Source of the DNA: a virus
Taxonomy: Duplodnaviria; Caudoviricetes
DNA length: 27,793 bases
Strand: one strand, 5' to 3'
IMG/VR virus record: IMGVR_UViG_3300020044_010635
Span: 1-27,793 of that record
Part shown: one piece after another, positions 13,626 to 22,161 of the stretch
Position numbering within the stretch: the stretch's first letter is position 1
Layout: each line of letters begins with the position of its first letter
Notes under the pieces: generated by a model
Seen by the model: the letters and a program-made list of their open reading frames with translations, nothing else
Told to the model about the DNA's origin: nothing
Databases searched by the model: none
Position numbers and translations under genes: made by a program

Positions 13626-14311
13626 TTAAAGGATCTCTGCGATTATTTGGAGCGATTGCCCAAGGTGAAACTCCAAGTTCAAATGCATCCGCCGATGCAC
13701 TTTCTATTTTAAATGAAATGCTTGATTCATGGTCAAATGATGGGTTGATTCTTTTTGACAGAACAATCGAAACATTTTCTTTGGTCGCATCAACTTCCAG
13801 TTACACAATTGGATCAGGTGCGACATTTAACACTGCAAGACCAATTCGATTGATTCAAGCAAATGTAAAGCAGTCAGGCGATACCAGTGAATTTCCTATT
13901 CGCATTTTGAACTCTGACGAATATTCAAGAATCATTGACAAGACAATTCAGTCAGATTTGCCATTGAGCATCTACTACAATGACACTTTTCCGACTGGGA
14001 CAATTTACGTTTGGCCAGTTCCAAGTGCTACTGCAAGTTTGATTCTTTATTCTGACAAACCATTATCTAATTTCTCATTGATTGCAGACACCGTTTCTTT
14101 GCCTCCTGGATATAAGGAAGCCATGCGCTACAATTTAGCGGTGAGACTAGCCCCAGAATATGGTCGTCCAGTATCTCAAGATATCGCAATGCTTGCTTTA
14201 GAATCAAAAGCCGCAATCATGCGGACAAATACTGAACCAGTTTATATGCAATCAGATGTTTTTGGGTTAGTCGGTGATGAAAAGCAATTCAACATTCACA
14301 CGGGGTTGTAA
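13604..14311 (+). CDS. head-tail adaptor (P22 gp4-like position)
   Basis: TVSDLIKGSLRLFGAIAQGETP...DALSILNEMLDSW; LPPGYKEAMRYNLAVRLAPEYG. Confidence 0.8.
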   Translation: MSTVSDLIKGSLRLFGAIAQGETPSSNASADALSILNEMLDSWSNDGLILFDRTIETFSLVASTSSYTIGSGATFNTARPIRLIQANVKQSGDTSEFPIRILNSDEYSRIIDKTIQSDLPLSIYYNDTFPTGTIYVWPVPSATASLILYSDKPLSNFSLIADTVSLPPGYKEAMRYNLAVRLAPEYGRPVSQDIAMLALESKAAIMRTNTEPVYMQSDVFGLVGDEKQFNIHTGL

Positions 14312-16251
14312 TGAAGTTTCAAGGCTTTATCGGGCCAGCTTATTCTCTCGCCTCTTTAAATGTGGATGCTCAGCGCTGCGTGAATATGTATCCCGTGAAA
14401 ATCGAATCTGGAACAGGCAAAGGTGGGCAGCAATATTATTTGAAAGCGACTCCCGGACTTTTAGAGCTTTGCACAGTCGGCAATGGGCCAATTCGACTGA
14501 TTCATGTCGATTCGATCGGTCGGATTTTTGTCGTGAGTGGAAACCAACTCTATATTTTGACAGAAAGTAGTGGGACTTGGACCGCCACATTATGTGATAC
14601 GAGCGGAGCGGCTGGCACTGGAGATCCTTTTGTTTTTGACACGTCAGTAGGGCCAGTCAAAGCGGCATCAATGAGTTTTGTCGGAGATGGAACGGATAGC
14701 TCAACTCTGTTTGTGGATGGCGTTAACAACTATTTGTATTATGATTCTTCTCCCGATGTCTTGGGATATTTAGATGATGGTTCAATTTTGACCTGCACTT
14801 TTGCATTTAGCACTTATGCCGACGTCACTTTCACAATATCAGATTCAAGCGATATTGTGACTTTCTTAAATAAAGTTTTGAAGTTTAATACCTACACCGG
14901 ATCATCCGGAACCGGCGTCAAAATAAATCTTTCGTCATATAATTCAGCCGGTACAACTTTCATCAATATTGGTATTACAGTGGCGTCCAACACAACTTTT
15001 TCAACCGCTCAGTTGGTCGAATGGATAAACACTGGATCCGTTGCAGGCCGATCGGATGTCACGCGACAAACTTATGGTAATGTTTTATATGTTGATTATT
15101 ACAATTTGTCTGCATCCGGAGGCGATGGGACATCGGTGAGAACTGTGAGCCCAACTGCAGACGTGGATTATGAAACTCTTGTGGCGGACGGAGTAGCAGG
15201 ATTTGGTTATGGTCTTGTAGCTACTGCGACGCATATCCAATGGAGTGACGGCTATTTTTTGGTTAATGAAGGTGGAACAAATAAATTTTTCGTTTCAGAT
15301 TTAAAATCATTTAATATAGACACTTTAGAATTTGCGTCAGCCGAAGGAAGTCCTGATTTACTTGTTGGACTAATCGTGAATCATCGCAATTTAATTTTGT
15401 TTGGAGAATTAACCACTGAAGTTTTCGTCAACACGGGCAATGGTGATTTTCCTTTTGAAAGAGTGCAAGGTGGGTTTTTAGAAATTGGATGCGTCGCTAA
15501 ATATAGCATTTCAAAAGCATCTGGGACTGTTTTTTTCTTAGGCAAATCTGACATCGGACAAAGCATGGTCTACTCAATGCAGGGTTTGTCAGTTCAAAGA
15601 ATTTCAAATCATGCAATTGAATATGCCTTATCGACCTATGAGGACATTTCTACTGCTACGGCATACAACTATGAGGACAATGGAGTCATTTTTTATGTTT
15701 TAAATTTTGATGAAGCGACATGGGTTTATGATGTGTCAACGGGTTCATGGCATGAAAGAGCTTATACTAATGCGGGAGTTCTTGAGCGTCATCGTGTCGA
15801 GTGTCATGCCTTTGATTCGGCAACAAAAACGCATTTAGGCGGTGATTATGAAACAAATAAAATTTATGCAATTTCGAATGATGTCTATGCCGACGATGAA
15901 GATGCAATAACACGATTAAGGGCATCACCGCATGTATCGTCTGATCTTAAGCGATTGTTTTGCAATAGTTTTCAGCTTGATATGGAAGTCGGAATTGGTC
16001 TTGATGGAGGCGTTCAAGGTTCAAGTCCTACGGTTATGTTTGATTTCTCAGATGATGGAGGCCATACCTGGTCGAGTGAATCATGGGCTTTAGCTGACAA
16101 TGCAGCGGGTTCAATTGGAGAATATAAAACTAGAGTGAGATGGACGAGACTTGGAAGTTTTAGAGATAGAATTTTTCGAGTGAAAATGACCGATCCCGTG
16201 AAAACAGTTTGGATTGATGCCCAATTGGATGTCATTGCAGGTGAGTCATAA
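14311..16251 (+). CDS. tail hub / packaged DNA stabilization protein (P22 gp10-like) with an internal insertion
   Basis: CVNMYP, LKATPGL, DGYFLV, FASAEGSPD, RISNHAIE, TWVYDVSTGSWHER, FSDDGGHTWS, GEYKTRVRWTRLGSFRDR. Confidence 0.9.
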   Translation: MKFQGFIGPAYSLASLNVDAQRCVNMYPVKIESGTGKGGQQYYLKATPGLLELCTVGNGPIRLIHVDSIGRIFVVSGNQLYILTESSGTWTATLCDTSGAAGTGDPFVFDTSVGPVKAASMSFVGDGTDSSTLFVDGVNNYLYYDSSPDVLGYLDDGSILTCTFAFSTYADVTFTISDSSDIVTFLNKVLKFNTYTGSSGTGVKINLSSYNSAGTTFINIGITVASNTTFSTAQLVEWINTGSVAGRSDVTRQTYGNVLYVDYYNLSASGGDGTSVRTVSPTADVDYETLVADGVAGFGYGLVATATHIQWSDGYFLVNEGGTNKFFVSDLKSFNIDTLEFASAEGSPDLLVGLIVNHRNLILFGELTTEVFVNTGNGDFPFERVQGGFLEIGCVAKYSISKASGTVFFLGKSDIGQSMVYSMQGLSVQRISNHAIEYALSTYEDISTATAYNYEDNGVIFYVLNFDEATWVYDVSTGSWHERAYTNAGVLERHRVECHAFDSATKTHLGGDYETNKIYAISNDVYADDEDAITRLRASPHVSSDLKRLFCNSFQLDMEVGIGLDGGVQGSSPTVMFDFSDDGGHTWSSESWALADNAAGSIGEYKTRVRWTRLGSFRDRIFRVKMTDPVKTVWIDAQLDVIAGES

Positions 16252-17012
16252 TGGCTAATATAATTAGGACAATTGATGCGCCATTGACTGAAGCTATTCA
16301 AGATAACTTAGGAAATATGCCCTCGCTTTGGCAATTATTTTTTCGCGACCTAACGAAAATGATCAGAGATCTTGGACAAGAGCAAACATTTGCCCTGCAG
16401 AATGATCTAAATGCAAAGTCATTTGCGACAACCGACGTCAACACGTCAACTAGTGTCATCACCGAAACAAGTCACAATTATTATACTGGATTAGTTGGTC
16501 GATTCACGACTACAACGACGTTGCCGACAGGTCTTAGTTTATCAACTGATTATTATGTGATATCAATATCGGCTAATACTTATAAAGTAGCTTCAACTTT
16601 AGACAATGCAAACAATGGAATAGCCGTCAGTATAAGCAGTCAAGGCACTGGCACTCATACTTTCACACCGCGTGGAAATATTGACGAAATGAAATTTAAT
16701 TATAAGGGAGTTAGTCAAGCCACAGTGGATTTTCTTATTCAAAGAGTAACTACTTCGACAGGTGCCACAGAACTTATAGAAAGTGGGATGTTTGTTGTTT
16801 CATACAATCCGACTAGTGCCGATTGGTCTTTGACAATGATAGGTACCCCAGGCCCAGACGATAGTGGAGTAGATTTCTCAATCGATTCGAGAGGTCAAGT
16901 TCAATATGTCTCGACTTCAATCACTGGTAATGCTTCAATTTCACGAGTTATTTGGAGAGCGCGAATTTTGTCGGCAAAACACTCGACCTATAGCCAAGTT
17001 GGTGCAATGTAA
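16251..17012 (+). CDS. tail accessory protein (gp26 position)
   Basis: TAATG coupling; N-terminal W..FF..L motif; Thr-rich beta module TLPTGLS..TDYYVI; C-terminal domain shared with 21541-22161. Confidence 0.65.
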   Translation: MANIIRTIDAPLTEAIQDNLGNMPSLWQLFFRDLTKMIRDLGQEQTFALQNDLNAKSFATTDVNTSTSVITETSHNYYTGLVGRFTTTTTLPTGLSLSTDYYVISISANTYKVASTLDNANNGIAVSISSQGTGTHTFTPRGNIDEMKFNYKGVSQATVDFLIQRVTTSTGATELIESGMFVVSYNPTSADWSLTMIGTPGPDDSGVDFSIDSRGQVQYVSTSITGNASISRVIWRARILSAKHSTYSQVGAM

Positions 17013-17539
17013 TGAATGACTCTTTAGATTTAAAAGACATGGCATCTCCAATAAGTCAGGAATTATTTCCTATTGGCCACGATAATTCTATTGAAGTTCA
17101 CAATGATACAATGCTGATCAGAGAAAAAATAAATCATCTTGAGTCTGAGATGATGAAGGCACCTCAACTTGAAATAAAAACAACACATTATTTTTCAAAT
17201 GGTATTTATGCCAGAGAGATTTTCATCCCTAAAGGTACACTTTTGACGGGCAAGATTCATAAGACCGAACATATGAACATTTGCAGTCAAGGAGATATCT
17301 CAGTTTTAACAGAAGACGGGATAAAGAGAATCAAAGCACCATTTACAATGTCTTGTAGGCCTGGGACAAAGCGTGTCGGATACGCTCATGAGGATACTGT
17401 ATGGACGACAATCCATGGGACACATGAAACTGATTTAAAAATGCTTGAAAATGAACTAATCGCAACAAATCATGATCAAGTTAAATTATTAAGTGAAAAA
17501 GAAATTCAGCAATTAAAGGAGTATTTATGTCTTGGGTAG
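17012..17539 (+). CDS. cupin-fold protein
   Basis: HYFSNGIYAREIFIPKGTLLTGKIHKTEHMNI..GDISV...PGTKRVGYAHEDTVWTTIH. Confidence 0.75.
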   Translation: MNDSLDLKDMASPISQELFPIGHDNSIEVHNDTMLIREKINHLESEMMKAPQLEIKTTHYFSNGIYAREIFIPKGTLLTGKIHKTEHMNICSQGDISVLTEDGIKRIKAPFTMSCRPGTKRVGYAHEDTVWTTIHGTHETDLKMLENELIATNHDQVKLLSEKEIQQLKEYLCLG

Positions 17540-18156
17540 CAACAGCCGTTGCCGGAGGCGCCGCGCTTTCTTACATTGGCGGTCAGAACGCCGCAGACAC
17601 AGCGGCATCCGCTCAAAGAGATGCATCAAGTTCTGCAAATGCATTGCAACGATATATGTATGAGCAGAATCGGGCTGATCAACAACCATGGATGGATGCT
17701 GGGAAAACTGCCTTGGGCCAATTGCAAGATCCATATATGAGCAGACAATTTTCTGCGCAAGATTTTGTCAAAGATCCAGGTTATGATTTCAGAATGCAGC
17801 AAGGCCAAAGAAATTTAGAGTCATCTGCAGCGGCAAGAGGAAATTTGAACTCAGGTGCCACGTTAAAAGCGCTTCAGAGGTATGGTCAAGATTTTGCGTC
17901 GAATGAATATTCAAATGCTTATAATAGATTTAATTCCGACAGAGACCAGAGATGGAACAAATTGTCAAACTTGGCAGGTTTGGGCCAAAATGCTCAAAAT
18001 CAAGTTTCTAATGCAGGACAAAGTTATGCAAACCAATTTGCTCAAAATCAAATGGAAATGGGCAATGCTCGAGCAGCGAATGCAATTTCTCAATCGAACA
18101 ATATGAACAACCTTTTAGGACAAGGCATTACAGCCTATGGGTTGTATAATAGATAA
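17527..18156 (+). CDS. DNA ejection protein (gp7-like)
   Basis: Gly/Ala hydrophobic N-terminus, Gln/Ala rich, DPGYDFRMQQG, SAAARG..NSGATLKALQRYGQ. Confidence 0.8.
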   Translation: MSWVATAVAGGAALSYIGGQNAADTAASAQRDASSSANALQRYMYEQNRADQQPWMDAGKTALGQLQDPYMSRQFSAQDFVKDPGYDFRMQQGQRNLESSAAARGNLNSGATLKALQRYGQDFASNEYSNAYNRFNSDRDQRWNKLSNLAGLGQNAQNQVSNAGQSYANQFAQNQMEMGNARAANAISQSNNMNNLLGQGITAYGLYNR

Positions 18157-18176
18157 AAACTCTCAAGGAGAAAACA

Positions 18177-19265
18177 ATGCCAGGCATTGACAGTTCAATT
18201 TATTTTCAACAAAAACCGGTAGATTTTATTGGTTCCTATGAGCGCGGAATGAATATGCGCCAAATGGCTGACGAAAGAGCTTTGCGTCAACAAACATTAA
18301 AAGATGAAAAAGATTTAAAGGATGCAATGCGAGCGGGGATTATCCAAAAACCAGATGGGACTTTGGATATTAACACGGACACGACATTTGCAAGAATGGC
18401 TCAGGTAAATCCAATCAAGGCGTATGAATTCAAACAAGAAAATGAAGCAAAGATGCTTTCACAAAACAAGGCAAAAATTGAAGGTCAATTGCAAAAACTT
18501 GATTTAGGATCCCGAATTTTGTCTGGTGTAAGTGACCAAGAAAGTTTTGATAAGGCAATGGAAACTGGACAAAAGTTTGGGATGGATGTTTCTGCATTCG
18601 GAAAATACTATGACCCTGATCTAGTGAAACAATATCAGGCTATGTCCGTTTCTGCAAAAGACAAATTGAATGAACAATACAAAGCATATGATTTTGGCCT
18701 TCGTCAATCGGCACTTGGTTTGAGAGAACAAGAACTCCAGATGCGAGGTGGAGAATTACAACAAAATAGAATTGATAAACAAAAGAAAAATGCAGAAATG
18801 AGAGTTCCGGAAGCGAAACAATCCGGTCTTTATAAACTAGGACTAGAGGCAGAAAAACAATATCAAGAGGCAGTGAAAGATAAATCAAAATATGATCCAA
18901 CAAACGTCGGTCAAGTGATTGACAATAGTCAGTGGGCTCCAAATTGGGCCAAAAACGACAAAGCCATTGCCGCGCAAGCTGCACAAGCTAATTGGGTTGA
19001 AGCATTTTTGCGAGATGCCTCTGGTGCCGCAATCCCTCCAAGTGAACGAATGGCCTACGCAAAAGATTTCTTTGCACAGCCAGGAGACACTCCAGAAGTT
19101 GTGGCAAACAAAGATAAATTGCGACAAATTAAACAGGAAAACGCCAGAGTCGCCGCTGGCGGTGATCGAACACTCGCTAAAGAAAAAAATAAAGACTCAA
19201 GTGAAACGAAAGAATATCAAGGGAATATTTATAAACGTGTCGGCAATAATTGGGTGAAACAATAA
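18177..19265 (+). CDS. DNA ejection protein (gp20 position)
   Basis: AGGAG RBS; helical Gln/Lys-rich protein; LRDASGAAIP..E...Y...F..PGD motif; synteny. Confidence 0.65.
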   Translation: MPGIDSSIYFQQKPVDFIGSYERGMNMRQMADERALRQQTLKDEKDLKDAMRAGIIQKPDGTLDINTDTTFARMAQVNPIKAYEFKQENEAKMLSQNKAKIEGQLQKLDLGSRILSGVSDQESFDKAMETGQKFGMDVSAFGKYYDPDLVKQYQAMSVSAKDKLNEQYKAYDFGLRQSALGLREQELQMRGGELQQNRIDKQKKNAEMRVPEAKQSGLYKLGLEAEKQYQEAVKDKSKYDPTNVGQVIDNSQWAPNWAKNDKAIAAQAAQANWVEAFLRDASGAAIPPSERMAYAKDFFAQPGDTPEVVANKDKLRQIKQENARVAAGGDRTLAKEKNKDSSETKEYQGNIYKRVGNNWVKQ

Positions 19266-21541
19266 TGAGCGACGCAGAAACTTTTAAGGTCGGTGAAGCG
19301 CCTTGGGAAAAACAGAATATTTCTGAAAAGATGGAAGCGCCTAAATCTTTTAAAGTTGGCGAAGCACCTTGGGAAACACAAATCAAAGAACAAGAACCCG
19401 AAAGACCTTGGTATTCAGTTGATCCTAAAAATCTTGGTCCTGGTTTTTTAAAAGGTTTAGAAAATATTGATAAATACACCGGCGCTCCTATTCGGAAATT
19501 TGTCACTGAAGCCGCGACGGGAAAAGACTTTGAAAAAGCTCCAACTGGTGCCGAACAAGCGAAAATGCTAGGCGCTTCCGACACTTCCTACAAAGAATCT
19601 TGGGGAGTACCGTCCTATTTAGGCGGTGATATTTCACCGGCTGATATTTATGGCGTCGCATTAGAAACTGTGCAAGATCCCTTTGTTATAGGAAGTAGTT
19701 TAAAAAAGATTGCAACAAAAGCGGCACCTTATTTTTTGAGAGAATCAGCTCCTAAAGTCATAGCCAATGTGTCAGACAGACAAGCTGCAAAATCTGCCGC
19801 CAATTCAACTTCAAAAGTGTCTGCGACAGTTTCGGGTGGGGATTTGGCAATCGAACAATCAGGGGATTTGTTTAAGTACAAAGCTCCCGAAAGTCTCGAT
19901 GAACTTAGGCAATGGAACCCTCCAAAACAAACTGGACAAATGCCAGGGAAAGAACGACTGGCTGAAATAGTCCAAGTAGTCCCAGACCTTGAGACAAAGC
20001 CTTTAAAGTATCATTACTCGATGATGGAAAACCCTAAATCAATGAAAGAGTTAAAGCTACAATTTGAAAACTTGCCGACAGCGGATGCAAAAAAAATTGC
20101 GGCATACAATCAGGAAATAATAGACGAATCAGTCAGAAAAATAAATCAAACGGCTTATGACATGGCTGGCATGGACCCAAAAAGCCTTTCCGACTCTGGA
20201 CATGATTTTATTTCAACTGTAAAAGAAAAATACAAAGCCGAAAAAAGTGTTTTAGGTCCATTGTTTAGTGAAGTCCAGAAAAGATCTCCTGTTTTAAATC
20301 CGCGTGATTCGCGGGACTTGATTATCTCTCTAGGAGAAAATTCGAAAATAGGAAAAGTGCTTGAACAAAGTAAAGAGACTGGCCGATTTAGTCTAGCTCC
20401 TAATAGTCCAAGAACTGGATTGTCTGACAATGAACATGGTATTTTAAAGCGTGTTATAGATGATTTAAATGATGGCATGACGTTTGAAGAAATGCAGAAG
20501 ACTAGGGATTTCTTAAGAAAATCAATAGATCCAACAAATCCCGCTGCATCGGCTGAAATAGGAAAAGTTCGTTCAATAATGCTAGGCCAAATGGAAAACA
20601 TGGCAGAAAATATTGACCCTCAAATAGGGAAAACATTTAAAAGCTATGCAATCAATGAAAGGGCTCTCGAAAATATAGAAAAAATAATAGGCGGCAAAAT
20701 TGAAACACTTGATTCTATGTATGCTGCAAATCCTGACAAAGTAGTGAAAAAAGTCCTATCCAATCCTAATTATTCAAAAATAGTTAGTGAATACATAGGT
20801 CCTGAAAAAATGAATCAAATAATGTCCTCATTTGTTCAAAGTGGAATTAATAAGGCGACTGACTCTGCCAAAGGATTCGCTCCACATGCTTTTAAGAGTT
20901 GGTTAAAGTCTAATTTGACCATTTTAGAAGCAAATTTGCCTTTAGAATCTATTGAAAGACTTAATGCACTTGCGGACTATGGATATTATGGGAAAAGATT
21001 TCTTGATGAAGTCAACCCGTCTGGCACTGCAGCTAGCCTAAAGGCTATGTTAGAACCTGGTTCATTTGTCCAAAAAGTAAAGCAAAAAGGAATTACGGAA
21101 GCTATTGTTTCCGAAGTCACATCAAAAGCCACGTCAATGGCAAAACAAAGAAGTGCCATAAATACTGTTAACGAGATGATGGGAAAACAGCCGCTCAAAG
21201 TTGATAAGATTTTTAATAAAACAAATTCACTAGTGAACGGTGAGTTATTAGATCAAGGCGCGAAATTGCAAAAAGGTGCTGCAGTTGGAAGGCTCTTAGT
21301 CAGAGAAAAAGAAAATAAAGAAAAAGGTGAAAAGAAATGGGCTTCCGATGGCTATCAGAAATTAAATGATTTTGCAAAATCAAAGAACAATCAGGAATTA
21401 ACCGATCTTTTGTCTGCCCTTGATCGAAATGACAATAAAACAAAAAAACTCCTAATTGAAGCTAGCGATTTCAAACCCGGTTCGATAGGCTTTCAAAAGA
21501 TAGTTGATGAATTGAGCCGAATGAAAAAGAGAGGCAAATAA
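19265..21541 (+). CDS. large DNA ejection protein (gp16 position)
   Basis: TAATG coupling at 19263-19267; N-terminal PWE repeats; NPSGTA motif; helical; synteny. Confidence 0.65.
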   Translation: MSDAETFKVGEAPWEKQNISEKMEAPKSFKVGEAPWETQIKEQEPERPWYSVDPKNLGPGFLKGLENIDKYTGAPIRKFVTEAATGKDFEKAPTGAEQAKMLGASDTSYKESWGVPSYLGGDISPADIYGVALETVQDPFVIGSSLKKIATKAAPYFLRESAPKVIANVSDRQAAKSAANSTSKVSATVSGGDLAIEQSGDLFKYKAPESLDELRQWNPPKQTGQMPGKERLAEIVQVVPDLETKPLKYHYSMMENPKSMKELKLQFENLPTADAKKIAAYNQEIIDESVRKINQTAYDMAGMDPKSLSDSGHDFISTVKEKYKAEKSVLGPLFSEVQKRSPVLNPRDSRDLIISLGENSKIGKVLEQSKETGRFSLAPNSPRTGLSDNEHGILKRVIDDLNDGMTFEEMQKTRDFLRKSIDPTNPAASAEIGKVRSIMLGQMENMAENIDPQIGKTFKSYAINERALENIEKIIGGKIETLDSMYAANPDKVVKKVLSNPNYSKIVSEYIGPEKMNQIMSSFVQSGINKATDSAKGFAPHAFKSWLKSNLTILEANLPLESIERLNALADYGYYGKRFLDEVNPSGTAASLKAMLEPGSFVQKVKQKGITEAIVSEVTSKATSMAKQRSAINTVNEMMGKQPLKVDKIFNKTNSLVNGELLDQGAKLQKGAAVGRLLVREKENKEKGEKKWASDGYQKLNDFAKSKNNQELTDLLSALDRNDNKTKKLLIEASDFKPGSIGFQKIVDELSRMKKRGK
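19283..19381 (+). repeat. tandem peptide repeat FKVGEAPWExQ x2 (66-nt period)
   Basis: 19283-19315 and 19349-19381 encode FKVGEAPWEKQ and FKVGEAPWETQ with synonymous divergence. Confidence 0.85.
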
Positions 21542-22161
21542 TGGGCCTTTTCCTGCCAATGGTCAAAGCGAGGTTCTTCGATTCTAATGGAGATCCTCTT
21601 TCAGGAGGTCTTGTCTATACCTATCTGGCAGGTACCACGACTCCACTTGCGACTTATAGTGATCAGGAGATCACTCCAAATGCGAATCCCGTTGTCTTAG
21701 ATTCCAATGGCGAAGCTGATATTATTTTAGCCGCTGCATCAACTTATAAGATTGTCCTGAAAAACTCAGTAGGTTCAACTCAATGGACCGTAGATAATGT
21801 TGCTGGCACGGGAAGCGGTTCGTCTGGAGGCGGAGGCGGTTGGAGCGCTTTCACTGAGCATGCAGTCACCGATGCGCAATCAGCTACCGATTTGTCAGGT
21901 GAAACATTTTTATCCGCCACGTATTCAGGTGTTGATTATGCTTTTGAAATCATAAGAGGCACAACAGTCAATGCAAACGGAGAATTTAGTTTGCAAAAGC
22001 AAAATGGATCATGGCGGATAGCATTAGGTCCCTACCGAGGTGACATCCATGGCGTCACGTTTGCATTATCAGGCACGACGACTCAGCAGTTAAGAGCAGC
22101 ATTGAACACAGGAGCGGGAAATGGGACAATTAAACTTTCGAGAAGGCTCATTGCGGATTAG
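21541..22161 (+). CDS. tailspike head-binding-like anchor protein without a catalytic domain
   Basis: RFFDSNGDPLSGGLVYTYLAGTTTP..TYSD...NANPVVLDSNGEA...YKIVLK..QWTVDNV, then a GSGSSGGGGG linker and a ~100-aa domain. Confidence 0.8.
   Translation: MGLFLPMVKARFFDSNGDPLSGGLVYTYLAGTTTPLATYSDQEITPNANPVVLDSNGEADIILAAASTYKIVLKNSVGSTQWTVDNVAGTGSGSSGGGGGWSAFTEHAVTDAQSATDLSGETFLSATYSGVDYAFEIIRGTTVNANGEFSLQKQNGSWRIALGPYRGDIHGVTFALSGTTTQQLRAALNTGAGNGTIKLSRRLIAD

Noticed and set aside
22121-22161. Frameshift fusing the head-binding protein to the fibre
   Set aside because: The fibre has its own GGAG RBS and ATG, no clear slippery heptamer is present, and a fusion would place the hydrophobic stretch internally.
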